A stretch of DNA of 64,000 bases, from assembly GCA_027031495.1 (NCBI GenBank), contig JALVQA010000004.1:56070-120069 (forward strand). The letters are read 5' to 3'. Of the stretch, positions 20,544-31,246 are shown piece after piece. A program made the translations under genes and the position numbers. How positions within the stretch are numbered: the first letter of the stretch is position 1; each line of letters starts with the position of its first letter. The DNA comes from Candidatus Moraniibacteriota bacterium. GTDB lineage: Bacteria; Patescibacteriota; Minisyncoccia; Moranbacterales; GCA-2747515. The notes beneath the pieces were generated by a model, which was not told the DNA's origin, searched no databases, and worked only from the letters and a program-made list of their open reading frames with translations.

Positions 20544-21605
20544 TTACATACCTAGGGCGCTGCGCATTTTTTCATAACGCGCCGGGATATTTATATTAAG
20601 ATGTTTAAATGCTGCCTCAAGGGCCACGCGACCACGCGGTGTACGCATAATAAAACCATGTTGAATGAGATACGGCTCATACACTTCTTCTATAGTATAC
20701 ACTTCCTCGCCAAGTGATGCAGCAAGTGTCTTTACACCAACAGGACCACCATGAAACACGGTAATGATTTTCTCAAGAAGTTGACGATCCATTGCTTCAA
20801 GGCCACTTTCATCAATGTCCAATAATTTCAATGCATCACACACAACTGTATGCGTCACCTCACTAAGATCGTGCGCTTGTGCATAGTCACGTACACGTCG
20901 CACGAGACGATTTGCAACACGTGGTGTCTGACGTGAACGGTGTGCAATCTCCTGCGCAGCATCATCGTGAATCACAATATCAAGAAGACGTGCACTACGC
21001 AAAACAATTTGCTTGATATCGTTTGGTGTATAAAACTCCAGTCGGTATGTGCTTCCAAAGCGATTGCGCAAAGGATTTGACAGTGCACCAATTTGTGTCG
21101 TTGCACCAATGAGGGTAAATTTTGGCAAGTCAAGTTGAAGCGTACGTGCACTTGGTCCCTTTCCAACGATAATATCAATCACACCATCTTCCATTGCCGG
21201 ATACAATACTTCCTCCACTGTCTTACGCAAGCGATGAATCTCATCAATAAAGAGTATATCGCCATCAGAAAGATTTGTCAGAATAGATCCAAGATCGCCA
21301 ACGCGTTCTATTGCTGGTCCACTTGTTACAGTAATACCAACACCCATTTCTTTCGCTATAATATGCGAAAGCGTTGTTTTACCAAGTCCAGCACTCCCGT
21401 AAAACAAGATATGATCAATTGGTTCGCCACGCTTGCGTGCCGCGTTGATCACAATTGACAAATTACGCTTTATCGCATCTTGACCAACATATTCAGTAAG
21501 TGTTTCTGGACGCAGGGCGCGATCAAATATTTTCTCATCACGCAAAAGAACAGTACTGATATCATGTTTGTATTCTTCCTTTTTTTGCGCTGTTTTAATA
21601 ACCAT
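20544..21605 (-). CDS. ruvB: Holliday junction helicase RuvB
   Basis: LRPETLTEYVGQ, GSAGLGKTT, FIDEIHRL and RTPRGR. Confidence 0.97.
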   Translation of the reverse strand: MVIKTAQKKEEYKHDISTVLLRDEKIFDRALRPETLTEYVGQDAIKRNLSIVINAARKRGEPIDHILFYGSAGLGKTTLSHIIAKEMGVGITVTSGPAIERVGDLGSILTNLSDGDILFIDEIHRLRKTVEEVLYPAMEDGVIDIIVGKGPSARTLQLDLPKFTLIGATTQIGALSNPLRNRFGSTYRLEFYTPNDIKQIVLRSARLLDIVIHDDAAQEIAHRSRQTPRVANRLVRRVRDYAQAHDLSEVTHTVVCDALKLLDIDESGLEAMDRQLLEKIITVFHGGPVGVKTLAASLGEEVYTIEEVYEPYLIQHGFIMRTPRGRVALEAAFKHLNINIPARYEKMRSALGM

Positions 21606-21675
21606 AAATCATTAGGTCACGTGTGTTTATATCTAGATACTTGACAATTTTATAAACACGTGTTAGTATCACACG

Positions 21676-21927
21676 TTGCACTCCTCGCAGAGATGTAGAG
21701 GGATGCAGATATGTAATGATGTACATTACAACACCTTTAAAGCACTGAGTGTTCTGTAGACTCATGGGTAGTTCTATCTTTTCTACTCATGGCCGGATGA
21801 AGTGCCAAGATCGGGCAGGATGGTTATCGCACACTGTTTGTGATATACTGTGCTTCACCTCGACACTTCATCTTTCATCCGAGACCACAGATCCCGGACA
21901 CGTCTACAGAACTCTCAGTGTTTTTTT
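21676..21927 (+). ncRNA. Candidate 6S-like RNA
   Basis: Promoter TTGACA-17-TAGTAT (21641-21669). An 18/19-bp closing stem cactgagtgttctgtagac / gtctacagaactctcagtg encloses ~180 nt, with inner stem gatgaagtg/cacttcatc and a U-tract after it. Confidence 0.55.
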
Positions 21928-21992
21928 ACAAAAAACACTCTTCATAATCAGTGTACCACATTTTTATAAAGCACATTTATCTTGCATTAAAA

Positions 21993-22346
21993 TTACCGCA
22001 TTTCCGTAACAACCTTTGACACAACAGTACCGCCACACAGCGCATTGATGTAATTAATAATACCATTTCGTTGCATCCATACTTCTTGCGCCCACAAAGC
22101 ATTTTCCACAGATAATACAATTACTGATCCTGTATACTTATACGCACGTACTGCCTGAGTACCACGACGTCCATATTCCGCACGAATATAGCGATCACAA
22201 AGATAAAGAACCGTCTTTTCATCAACACAACATCCACCATTAGAATGTTTATACGCTTTTGGTACTTTCGCATTAGTTGGACACTTTAGCGCATTTTTTT
22301 TATCTTTATAACGATCAAGAACTGCTGATAATCGCTTCATACACAA
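21993..22346 (-). CDS. DciA (DUF721)-like helicase-loader protein
   Basis: VIVLSVENALWAQEVWMQRNGIINYIN; lies downstream of dnaN. Confidence 0.6.
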   Translation of the reverse strand: MCMKRLSAVLDRYKDKKNALKCPTNAKVPKAYKHSNGGCCVDEKTVLYLCDRYIRAEYGRRGTQAVRAYKYTGSVIVLSVENALWAQEVWMQRNGIINYINALCGGTVVSKVVTEMR

Positions 22347-22360
22347 AAAATATATTTACA

Positions 22361-23500
22361 CTATTTGCGAATTGGCATAACAAGATAGAGAAATCGCTCA
22401 TCATCATCACTTTTTGCAACCGGTGTAATAACAACCGGTGATGCCGCACCCGAAAATGCAATACGTACTTTTTCACTACCGCAACGACTTATGCCATCAA
22501 GTACATAACGCGTATTGAGATAGATTTCTTGTACTTCGCCATGCGCTTCAACCTGCAGTGTTGTCACATTTTCTCCACGATCCTGCGACATTGCACTAAT
22601 TACACATGTGCTTTCATCAGGATTTATCGTCACTTTCATATCACTCGTTGTATTATTTGCAAAGGCATCAGCAAGTCGCAGTACGCGCTCACATTCCGCA
22701 CGCGACACAATGATGTGCGTTGCCGTCTCTTGCGGAATAATCTGCTGATAGTCAGGATATGTTCCAGAGATAAGACGCGAAACAATTGTCACGCCATCAA
22801 CTTCAAAAAAGATCTGACCATCACTTATATGCATCATTATCATTTTTGTCGCACTATCAGAAAGAATATATAAAATTTCAGCAATAGCACTCGCCGGGAC
22901 AATAATGGAATCAATGTCTTTTTGTATAGCTGCAGCTTCAATCGGTGCCACACTTTCACTAAGACGGAAACCATCTGTTGCAGCTACACGCATAGTATTA
23001 TCAGTAAAAACTATATTCACACCGGTTAATTCAGGGCGCGCTTCCGTTTTTGCAACACTTATCATCACACGTGACAACACAGAGCGAAATACATCTGACT
23101 GCACTGTTACTTCACCATAGATATTTTCCTTTTGCGGTATCGGTGGAAAATCAACTGGATTATACCCCTTTATTACTGCACGTGACGATCCACTTTCTAC
23201 AGCAATGTCAGTGTCAGATACCTGAGACACAGTTACCTGTGCACCATTGTCAAGTGATGCAATAAAACTATTGAGAAGTTGTGGTGGAATAACAACACTG
23301 CCAACTTCTTCAATTTTGCCACTAATTTCAATACGCACACCCATATCAAGGTTTGTAGCAGCACACGCAAGTATATTATTTTCTGTTGAGATAATGACAT
23401 TTTGTATAATCGGCAACAGCGATTGCTTTGCAAGAGCTTTTGTACTGTAGCGTAGTGCCCGATCAAGGTGTTCTTTTGTGCATGTAAATCGTAAAGCCAT
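22361..23500 (-). CDS. dnaN: DNA polymerase III beta clamp
   Basis: ATNLD, RPELTGV, AATDGFRL, SRLISGTYPDY and LVMPIR. Start reassigned to MALRF at 23500. Confidence 0.96.
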   Translation of the reverse strand: MALRFTCTKEHLDRALRYSTKALAKQSLLPIIQNVIISTENNILACAATNLDMGVRIEISGKIEEVGSVVIPPQLLNSFIASLDNGAQVTVSQVSDTDIAVESGSSRAVIKGYNPVDFPPIPQKENIYGEVTVQSDVFRSVLSRVMISVAKTEARPELTGVNIVFTDNTMRVAATDGFRLSESVAPIEAAAIQKDIDSIIVPASAIAEILYILSDSATKMIMMHISDGQIFFEVDGVTIVSRLISGTYPDYQQIIPQETATHIIVSRAECERVLRLADAFANNTTSDMKVTINPDESTCVISAMSQDRGENVTTLQVEAHGEVQEIYLNTRYVLDGISRCGSEKVRIAFSGAASPVVITPVAKSDDDERFLYLVMPIRK

Positions 23501-23519
23501 AATAGTTATTACAATTAAA

Positions 23520-23740
23520 TCAAATATATTTAGTTTATTATTATTAGCGCTGTGGAAAGTGTGGAAAAGTGCGATAAATGTAGTTATTATGCACACACTT
23601 TTCTGTGTATTATTAATGAATAAATGCATGTTTTTGTGTGCAAGACTGTAGATGTGGGATATCCACTTTTATGTGCACAGAGTATAACACAGTTTTATAC
23701 ACATGCACATGCGTACTTATGCACAATTTTATTCACAGAG
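23520..23740. promoter_or_regulatory. oriC unwinding region in the dnaA-dnaN intergenic
   Basis: Tandem DnaA-box variants at 23551-23568, a GCGC spacer, TAT/TAG trios at 23536-23547, and further boxes TTATACACA, TTATGCACA and TTATTCACA. Confidence 0.75.
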
Positions 23741-25175
23741 TGTGTAATTTTCGTTTCAATGTGTCAATGGTATCCTTTAGTGCCGCATCAGCAATAAGTT
23801 CTTTTTCAATTTTACGACACGCATGTATCACTGTTGTGTGATCACGTCCACCGCAGTGTGCGCCAATTTCAGGGTATGAATATGTAAGTTCCTCACGCAA
23901 AAGAAACATGGCAATTTGACGCGGGCGGACAATTGTTTTTTTGCGCACCTTTCCGATAATGTCGTCAGGTGTAATATTGAAATGTTGTGCGACAATATCA
24001 ATAACAGAAGAAGCGCTTCGTGCCGGACGACGATTCACGATTGTTGGTGCAAGAATTTCCTCCACAACAGCGCGCGAAGGGATTTTTTGCTGAAAAGTGC
24101 AGATAGCGACAACTTTATTGAGTGCGCCTTCCAGTTCACGAATATTACTTGCCACATTACGTGCAATGTAGCGTGCCGCATCTTCCGGAAGAATAATATC
24201 TTTTTCATCTGCTTTTTTTTGAAGAATTGCCACACGCGTTTCAAAGTCTGGTTGTGAGATATCAGCAATCATGCCACCTTCAAAGCGGGAACGCAAGCGA
24301 TCTTCCAGTGTTGCAATTGCATGCGGTGGTCTATCACTTGAGATGATAATCTGTTTATTTTTTTGGTAGAGAAAGTTGAAAATGTGAAAAAATTCATCTT
24401 GCGTTTTTTCTTTACCGGCAAGAAACTGAACGTCATCAATAATGAGGAGATCAATTGTTTGATAAAACTTTTTAAAATCTGATATTGTATTGTTATGTAT
24501 AGAATCTATAAGCTCGCTAGTAAAACGCTCTGATGATGTGTAGAGAACGCGCTTTGTTGGATCAGCACTAACAACAGCATTACCAATCGATTGAAGGATG
24601 TGTGTTTTACCAAGACCAACATCACCATAGATAAATAGCGGGTTGTATACTGTGCCAAGCGATTCACTTACAGTGCGACATGCGGCATGAGCGAGTTCAT
24701 TATGTTGCCCAACGACAAAATTACTGAACGTATAGCGAGGGTTGAGACATGTATTATAGGGCGGTGTTGTTTTTGCTGTTGGTTTTTGCTGAATATTTTT
24801 AGCCTGTTGAATTGGTTGTTTTTGCTGCTGTATACTTCGCTGTGGCGCTTTTTTGAGAATTGTGCTGATTGTTGAATTTCCTGTTCGTTTCTGCGTGACA
24901 GCGTCGATAGATTGTGGCGCACGTTGGGGTTGTGGCGAAAGAGTGCAATGGATACGTGTAATACTTTTGTCATGATTGCGCAGCGCTTGTAAAACAATGT
25001 CAGAGCATTTTTTCTCAATCCACTCCTTCGCAAATCCATTCGGTGTAGTGATAGTGGCGCACCCATCGTCGATTGATTGAATTGATGTGTTTTTAAACCA
25101 TGTAATAAAATTTGCACGAGAAATGGAGAGTTCTATTTCACCGAGTGCCGCCGCCCATAATTGTTGAAAATCCAT
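23733..25175 (-). CDS. dnaA: Chromosomal replication initiator DnaA
   Basis: YNPLFIYGDVGLGKTH, IDDVQFL, RLRSRF and GGRDHTTVIHA. Confidence 0.98.
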   Translation of the reverse strand: MDFQQLWAAALGEIELSISRANFITWFKNTSIQSIDDGCATITTPNGFAKEWIEKKCSDIVLQALRNHDKSITRIHCTLSPQPQRAPQSIDAVTQKRTGNSTISTILKKAPQRSIQQQKQPIQQAKNIQQKPTAKTTPPYNTCLNPRYTFSNFVVGQHNELAHAACRTVSESLGTVYNPLFIYGDVGLGKTHILQSIGNAVVSADPTKRVLYTSSERFTSELIDSIHNNTISDFKKFYQTIDLLIIDDVQFLAGKEKTQDEFFHIFNFLYQKNKQIIISSDRPPHAIATLEDRLRSRFEGGMIADISQPDFETRVAILQKKADEKDIILPEDAARYIARNVASNIRELEGALNKVVAICTFQQKIPSRAVVEEILAPTIVNRRPARSASSVIDIVAQHFNITPDDIIGKVRKKTIVRPRQIAMFLLREELTYSYPEIGAHCGGRDHTTVIHACRKIEKELIADAALKDTIDTLKRKLHTL

Positions 25176-25219
25176 AGGAAGTAACTCTTTATTTTACGTA
25201 TAGATGATGACATGTTTAG

Positions 25220-25370
25220 TATAACACGGATAAGCGTTATACATGTGGATAAGTTGATAAATCTGTGGATAAGTTGTGTAAAATGTGTATATTTTGCACT
25301 TTACTCAGGATAAATAGTAAAAAAAGATGCAAGTTATCCACAGAAATAAATAAAAACACTGTGGAAAACA
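25220..25370. promoter_or_regulatory. DnaA-box cluster upstream of dnaA
   Basis: TGTGGATAA at 25244-25252 and 25264-25272, TTATCCACA at 25334-25342, TGTGGAAAA at ~25360. Confidence 0.8.
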
Positions 25371-25404
25371 GTGTTTTTATAATTATTGCAATGATATATT
25401 TTAT

Positions 25405-27162
25405 TTACTCAAGTGACTTTTCAACAACTTCTTCTGTGTAGATTTTCAGAACATCACCTTTCTTTATGCGCGTGTGCGTTGTGCAAACAAGACCACACTC
25501 CTTATTTGTTTCAACTTCTTGCACGGCAACTTTGCCTTGCTGTAAACTTTCTATAATACCGTCGCCAATATTTGCGTCATCGCGCGTAATCGTTACATGT
25601 GCGTCCTTTACAACGCGTCCTTTCTTTACGATGCCACCGATAATCATCTTTTCTTTCTCTGTGCGAAATATATCAAGAACTTCGAGTTCGCCTATATCTG
25701 TGCGGATGACTTCTTCCGGAATATGCTCAAGAAGTGTTTTTTTGATATCATCAACCAGTTCGTAGATGATAGAAAAGGTTTTAATAGTAACACCCCTATC
25801 TTCTGCAAGACGTTTTGCGACTGCAGTGACGGTAACATTGAAGCCGTAAATAATAGCATTAGTACTTTCTGCAAGTTTTACATCGGACTCTGTAATATCA
25901 CCAACATGAAGTGCAATATAGTGAATGGCAATTTTCTTTTGTGGAATTGTTGCACAAATTTGTTCTATAGCTTCAAGTGTTCCTTGCACGTCAGCTTTAA
26001 TGATAATCGGTAAATTTTTCTCATTATCATCTACGTTCTTGAGTGATGCGTCTTCCGCAATCTGTTGTGCTTTAAGTCGCGCTATTTGTTTACCACTCAT
26101 TACCTGAATGATGTCATTAACTTGTGGTGCATCGTTGAGGCCGTAAATAGTAACTGCTGCGCTCGGAGGAGCTTTCTCTATACTACGTCCTGTGAAGTCT
26201 TCAATGCGTCGTATGCGTCCATATGTTTTACCTGCACGTATATCCTGACCAACTTTTAGAACGCCGGTCTTTACAACGGCGGTTGCAACAGCACCTTTTT
26301 TCGAATCTACATGTGATTCAAGTACAACGGCAAGGCCGTCACGTGTATCATCTGCGCGAAAATCTTCAACTTCGGCGAGTAAGAGGATATTATCCAAAAG
26401 TTCGCCAATACCAATATTGTTTTTTGCACTAATCTCATTCGCAAGCACCTTGCCGCCCCACTCCTCAATAAGAATGCCATGTTCCGCGAGTTCTTGTTTA
26501 ACTTTTGCGACGTTTGCGCCCGGTGCGTCAATTTTGTTAATAGCGACGATCGTTGGGATGTTTTTTTCTTTGATGTAGTCAATAACCTCCTTTGTTTGCG
26601 GCTTGACGCCGTCGTCAGCAGCGACAATAAGAATGGCAATGTCGGCAATAGATGCGCCACGTTCACGCATGGCGGCAAATGCTGCATGTCCCGGTGTGTC
26701 AATAAACGTAATTGTTTTGCCACGCTTTTTAACTTGGTATGCACTGATGTGCTGCGTAATACCGCCAGCTTCCGTTTCAGCGACAGACGATTTGCGAATA
26801 GTATCAAGAAGCGTTGTTTTGCCATGATCAACGTGACCAAGAATTGTAACAATTGGTGGGCGTGGGCGCAAATTTTTGCCACTTTCACGCTCTTTTTCGC
26901 AAATTGTAAGTAAATCTTCAAGTGTAATAATGTCATCATCACTGACAGAAATGTCCGGTTTTACCGTAAAGCCGAGATCCTCCGCGATGATGCTAGCGGT
27001 TTCATAATCAATCTCCTCATTAATCGTGGCCATAATGCCGTTTTTCATGAGTTCTTCGATAACGCGTGTCACCGGCATAGCAAGAATTTCAGCAAATCGC
27101 TTAACGGTGATAACGGCTGGTAGCGCAACTGTATTGCGTTCTTCTTTTTTAACTTCTTTCAT
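25405..27162 (-). CDS. infB: Translation initiation factor IF-2
   Basis: [18 protein letters not shown] and IIKADVQG. Confidence 0.97.
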   Translation of the reverse strand: MKEVKKEERNTVALPAVITVKRFAEILAMPVTRVIEELMKNGIMATINEEIDYETASIIAEDLGFTVKPDISVSDDDIITLEDLLTICEKERESGKNLRPRPPIVTILGHVDHGKTTLLDTIRKSSVAETEAGGITQHISAYQVKKRGKTITFIDTPGHAAFAAMRERGASIADIAILIVAADDGVKPQTKEVIDYIKEKNIPTIVAINKIDAPGANVAKVKQELAEHGILIEEWGGKVLANEISAKNNIGIGELLDNILLLAEVEDFRADDTRDGLAVVLESHVDSKKGAVATAVVKTGVLKVGQDIRAGKTYGRIRRIEDFTGRSIEKAPPSAAVTIYGLNDAPQVNDIIQVMSGKQIARLKAQQIAEDASLKNVDDNEKNLPIIIKADVQGTLEAIEQICATIPQKKIAIHYIALHVGDITESDVKLAESTNAIIYGFNVTVTAVAKRLAEDRGVTIKTFSIIYELVDDIKKTLLEHIPEEVIRTDIGELEVLDIFRTEKEKMIIGGIVKKGRVVKDAHVTITRDDANIGDGIIESLQQGKVAVQEVETNKECGLVCTTHTRIKKGDVLKIYTEEVVEKSLE

Positions 27163-27209
27163 ATAGAGTAAGTGTTTATGATTTGTGATTTTATAATTCC
27201 AAAAGCGGT

Positions 27210-27716
27210 TTATGAGACGTGTAATTCTTCTTTGAGGGCGTTACGAACAGCACGTTCCTCTTCTTCTGACAACTTGTAAGGTGATGCTGCATTTACAATA
27301 GGTTTTGCGTAAATGCGCGTTCCTTCGCGTGTATGAAGTGATGAAACAACAATGCCATTATTATTTCCGTCAAGAAATGCAATGGCAAAACTCTGATTAC
27401 CGCCAAGATCTTTGAATGGATTATATCGCACAATGCTCTTGCGCCAGATACTTTTTGTAAGCGTATTGCGTATAGAAGCAATTTCCGCACGAATTTTTTC
27501 AATATCGCTACCAAGTATATCAATTTCCTTGCCATGCATCATAATAATATCTTCAAGTGATGCTGCACGCGCACCACGTGTAAGGTATGCTATTGTCGCG
27601 CTAAGTTGTCTATAGCGCACAAAGAGAAAAATGAGAAATACTACAAGCACAATAACAGCGCATGCAAGCGCGATAATAATACCAGCAGAATGATGGAGTA
27701 TGAACGATATCGCCAT
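27210..27716 (-). CDS. DUF4446-like membrane-anchored protein
   Basis: VRYNPFKDLGGNQSFAIAFLD...RIYAKP. Confidence 0.8.
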   Translation of the reverse strand: MAISFILHHSAGIIIALACAVIVLVVFLIFLFVRYRQLSATIAYLTRGARAASLEDIIMMHGKEIDILGSDIEKIRAEIASIRNTLTKSIWRKSIVRYNPFKDLGGNQSFAIAFLDGNNNGIVVSSLHTREGTRIYAKPIVNAASPYKLSEEEERAVRNALKEELHVS

Positions 27717-27923
27717 AGGATGTGATGATTGTGATTACATCTTATTTTTTACGCTAACACTATTTTGCGTTGCTGTAAACTATGATTATATAGTAAAAAT
27801 TGCCTGGTTATGATAGGTGAAGCGTAAATAAATGTTGTATTATAGAATTTGTGCCCGATCTTGCTTTTTTATGCAAATAGTGTAGGATGTATTTGTACTA
27901 AAGGATTTGGTCTTTTGATGTAT

Positions 27924-27995
<72 letters not shown>

Positions 27996-28045
27996 CATGA
28001 TTCTTTATTGAAGTATGTGCCTGTTGCACATAGTTTCATGATAAT

Positions 28046-28342
28046 TTGTTTTGTATGAAAAAATACACTGTTACTGTTGTTATCCACGAAACAGACGCTA
28101 TTGTGACACTTGTTGACAAAAAACAAAATGTTATAGCAATTAGTGATGCTATTGCGGTACGTGAAGTATCAAAACATCTCTTGTCGATAATTGAAAAACT
28201 TTGCGCTGATGCACATATAGAGTGTAGTGCTATTGGCGATATAAAAATTGTAACTCCTCTCAGTGAAACTGCGATCACGTACCGTGCCGTGCGCACCATT
28301 AAGTCTGCGTTTTTATTTGCACGAGATGCGCTTAAAAGTTGA
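28046..28342 (+). CDS. Short TsaB-like protein (N-terminal domain only)
   Basis: SKHLLSIIEKLC...IGDIKIV...TYRAV resembles the TsaB N-lobe; weak similarity. Confidence 0.45.
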   Translation: MFCMKKYTVTVVIHETDAIVTLVDKKQNVIAISDAIAVREVSKHLLSIIEKLCADAHIECSAIGDIKIVTPLSETAITYRAVRTIKSAFLFARDALKS

Positions 28343-28440
28343 CGTTTTTTGCATTTTGCGTTAGGATGAAGTAGTTTTACTGGTGAGTAGAATGTATTTT
28401 TTATTCGCAAGAGATTTCTTATTTTTTTAAAGATGGGGCT

Positions 28441-29094
28441 ATGCACAAAGAACTTATTGCATTTAATAAGACGCAACGTACACGTGCACAGGATTTTCGT
28501 GCCGGTGATGTTGTGCGTGTGTTTCGCAAGATTGTAGAGGGAAGTAAAGAACGTATCCAGGTTTTTGAGGGGATGATTGTTGTTACGCGTGGCGGACAGA
28601 GTTCATCACAAATGATTACGGTGCGTAAGGTATCAAATGGTGTGGGTGTTGAGATTATTGTGCCTGTGCAATCACCACAAATTGAAAAGATTGAGCTTGT
28701 AAAGCGTGCAAAAGTACGTCGTGCGAATATTGGTTATATTCGTACAAAGCCGTCAAAGAAATTACGTTTCAAATTTACTGACGCACAGGATCTGGAAAAG
28801 AAAAAAGAGGAAAATGTAGAGGAGAATGCTGATAAGGCAAGTGATGATGCAGATAATCTGACGAAGATCGAGGGTATTGGACCAAAAATTGCACAGACAC
28901 TTGCAGATGCCGGCATCAAAACATTTGCCACACTTGCTGAAGCTGATGTTGCAAAGATTGCGGATATTATCAAGGATGTGCGTGGCAATCATGATCCACA
29001 GACATGGCCACAGCAAGCGGCGCTTGCACGTGATGGTAAGTGGGACGAGCTTTCACAGTGGCAGGATGAGTTAAAAGGCGGAAAGGAGTCATAG
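28441..29094 (+). CDS. rplS: 50S ribosomal protein L19 with a C-terminal helix-hairpin-helix (DUF4332-like) extension
   Basis: FRAGDVVRV..KERIQVFEG..VRKVSNGVGVE..VRRA, followed by DNLTKIEGIGPKIA...WPQQA. Confidence 0.93.
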   Translation: MHKELIAFNKTQRTRAQDFRAGDVVRVFRKIVEGSKERIQVFEGMIVVTRGGQSSSQMITVRKVSNGVGVEIIVPVQSPQIEKIELVKRAKVRRANIGYIRTKPSKKLRFKFTDAQDLEKKKEENVEENADKASDDADNLTKIEGIGPKIAQTLADAGIKTFATLAEADVAKIADIIKDVRGNHDPQTWPQQAALARDGKWDELSQWQDELKGGKES

Positions 29095-29165
29095 ACGTGC
29101 AATATTTTTCACGGCTCCTGCGTACTTTTGTAGGTAGAGAAAAGTGCGCAGGGGTCGTGAGAGAG

Positions 29166-29250
29166 GCCGTGGTGCTGGAATTGGTAGACAGGCCAGGTTG
29201 AGGGCCTGGTGTCCGCTTAGGGCGTGAGGGTTCAAGTCCCTCCCACGGCA
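29166..29250 (+). tRNA. tRNA-Leu(GAG)
   Basis: GCCGTGG/CCACGGC acceptor, long variable arm, loop TTGAGGG. Confidence 0.93.
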
Positions 29251-29323
29251 CACAAAGTGTTTTTGCGCTTTTTCCGTTATGGTGTATACTGAGGTTGTTG
29301 CGCAATTTTACAGTTTTGTTTAG

Positions 29324-29397
29324 GGGTGATTAGCTCAGTTGGTTAGAGCACTTCTCTTACAAAGAAGGGGTCAGTGGTTCGAGTCCACTATCACCCA
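29324..29397 (+). tRNA. tRNA-Val(TAC)
   Basis: GGGTGAT/ATCACCC acceptor, loop CTTACAA. Confidence 0.93.
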
Positions 29398-29445
29398 CAC
29401 AGGAAGGATTGCGTATTTATTGATACGACTGATCTGATACTGTGT

Positions 29446-29517
29446 GCCGGGGTAGCTCAGTGGTAGAGCAAAGGACTGAAAATCCTTGTGTCGGCAGTTC
29501 AATTCTGCCTCCCGGCA
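29446..29517 (+). tRNA. tRNA-Phe(GAA)
   Basis: GCCGGGG acceptor, loop CTGAAAA. Confidence 0.93.
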
Positions 29518-29589
29518 CAGTCGCGGAACATGGAGTGCTGTCATGGAATGGGTAATTGGTCGTTCCGTGTACTCCATGTTTTGTTTTAG

Positions 29590-29662
29590 GGGACCGTAGC
29601 TCAGGGGTTAGAGCAGTCGGCTCATAACCGATTGGTCGCAGGTTCGAAACCTGCCGGTCCCA
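29590..29662 (+). tRNA. tRNA-CAT, probably Ile2 (lysidine)
   Basis: GGGACCG/CGGTCCC acceptor; anticodon arm GTCGGCTCATAACCGAT resembles Ile2. Confidence 0.85.
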
Positions 29663-29715
29663 CAAATTTAACACTTGATTTATTTTGCGTTTTCGCATAG
29701 AATAAACTGTGTGAT

Positions 29716-29787
29716 GCGAGTGTCGTATAATGGCTATTATGCCACCTTGCCATGGTGGAGACGGCGGTTCGATTCCGCTCACTCGCT
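29716..29787 (+). tRNA. tRNA-Gly(GCC)
   Basis: GCGAGTG/CACTCGC acceptor, loop TTGCCAT. Confidence 0.93.
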
Positions 29788-29851
29788 CAAGAAGCAAAAG
29801 GCGCTATGAACGTGTTCTAGCGCCTTTTGCTCATGTTGTTATACTGGTTAT

Positions 29852-31099
29852 ATGGCGATACTTCACGAGAAAATAAGAAAGATGCTAAAAATGCCAATTC
29901 ATTGGTTTGTGTGGAGTGGCGTCATTTTGTTTTCCTCCTACGCAATTTTGTTGCTGTTGCTTACATACCTATACAACACCCTTGCCATAGAGCAGAATAT
30001 CAATGATATTATTGCCGATAATAATGCAACAACACTTTTTCTTTATCAAAAAAAGATGACGGCACGCAACGGTGTTAATACAGGCAATCTTTTACCAACA
30101 GCGCCATTGCCAAAGATTGACACGGCACGCATGAAACGACAAGGATGTGTTACGGACGGTCTTTTGTCTGGCTATGGCGATGAAGAGAAAAACGTTGAAC
30201 TTATCAATCGTTTGCCATGTTATTATTTGCATCGTGCTGTGGAGACATGGCTTGAGGCACCTAACTGGTACAAAATCAATCGTATTAGGAGTTATATTGT
30301 GCGAAAACCGATTCTTTATGGCATGTTCATCGCGGAAGCAGTCAACACGAAGGAACACTATATCAACACACAAACAGGCAAAAGGTTTCGCTTTAAAAAA
30401 ATGTGTAAGCCGGGTACAAATGGACGGTGGGGCAAAAATACGTGTGTACCTGATTTTGATAGACGGGAGTATCGTGCCTATATAACACAGATTATGAAAG
30501 AAGCGATTGATAATGATATACAAGTATTTCTGATAGGGCAAGTACAAATACAAGATGCGCGGCGTGTAGAACAATCTGATATTGAGGATGTTCTCGCTGC
30601 TGTGCGTAAATATGCAGCGCAAAAAGGTGTTGATATTGCGATTGGCGCACAAACAAATGATGCGACAGATAAAGATTACTTGCGACTTTTTGACTTTATT
30701 GAAGGCGGTGTCGGCCTACATCCTGATGGCAGTATTGAAGATGGACCATGTTTTTCGCGTTATCTCAGAGAACATAACTGGTGTTGGGCTCTTTTATGGC
30801 ATGAAAAATATACAAAAAAAGCACGTAATGTTTTCGTGCACCTTGATTGGAGTGGTATGCATGATGATGATATGATGACGTTTGTCTCAATGGATCGCGA
30901 CATGCGTGCGTATGTGCTCAAGAAACTGTATACATTTTATACTAGACAGGATATAGGATTTCTTTTGCCGGTCTTTACAGCGTTGCCACATGAGCATGAT
31001 GGTTGTTATGGCAATAGAAAGCGCTACTATAGTGCGGATAATGCGTACTCATGCAAAGATGAGGACGTTATAAAAAGTATATTGACAAATTATAAATAA
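29852..31099 (+). CDS. Hypothetical membrane-anchored protein, Cys-rich
   Basis: 415-aa ORF with an N-terminal TM; no family recognised. Confidence 0.7.
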   Translation: MAILHEKIRKMLKMPIHWFVWSGVILFSSYAILLLLLTYLYNTLAIEQNINDIIADNNATTLFLYQKKMTARNGVNTGNLLPTAPLPKIDTARMKRQGCVTDGLLSGYGDEEKNVELINRLPCYYLHRAVETWLEAPNWYKINRIRSYIVRKPILYGMFIAEAVNTKEHYINTQTGKRFRFKKMCKPGTNGRWGKNTCVPDFDRREYRAYITQIMKEAIDNDIQVFLIGQVQIQDARRVEQSDIEDVLAAVRKYAAQKGVDIAIGAQTNDATDKDYLRLFDFIEGGVGLHPDGSIEDGPCFSRYLREHNWCWALLWHEKYTKKARNVFVHLDWSGMHDDDMMTFVSMDRDMRAYVLKKLYTFYTRQDIGFLLPVFTALPHEHDGCYGNRKRYYSADNAYSCKDEDVIKSILTNYK

Positions 31100-31246
31100 T
31101 GTGATATATTATGTTGTCGCGTGGATATATGCAAAAATATACCACAAATGACCGCTCGTATACACAATGTTTCCACAGAGTTATCCACAGTTTGTGCAGT
31201 GGAATAATATTCTGTATATGCGCGCTAAGTACATAATATTCATTTT

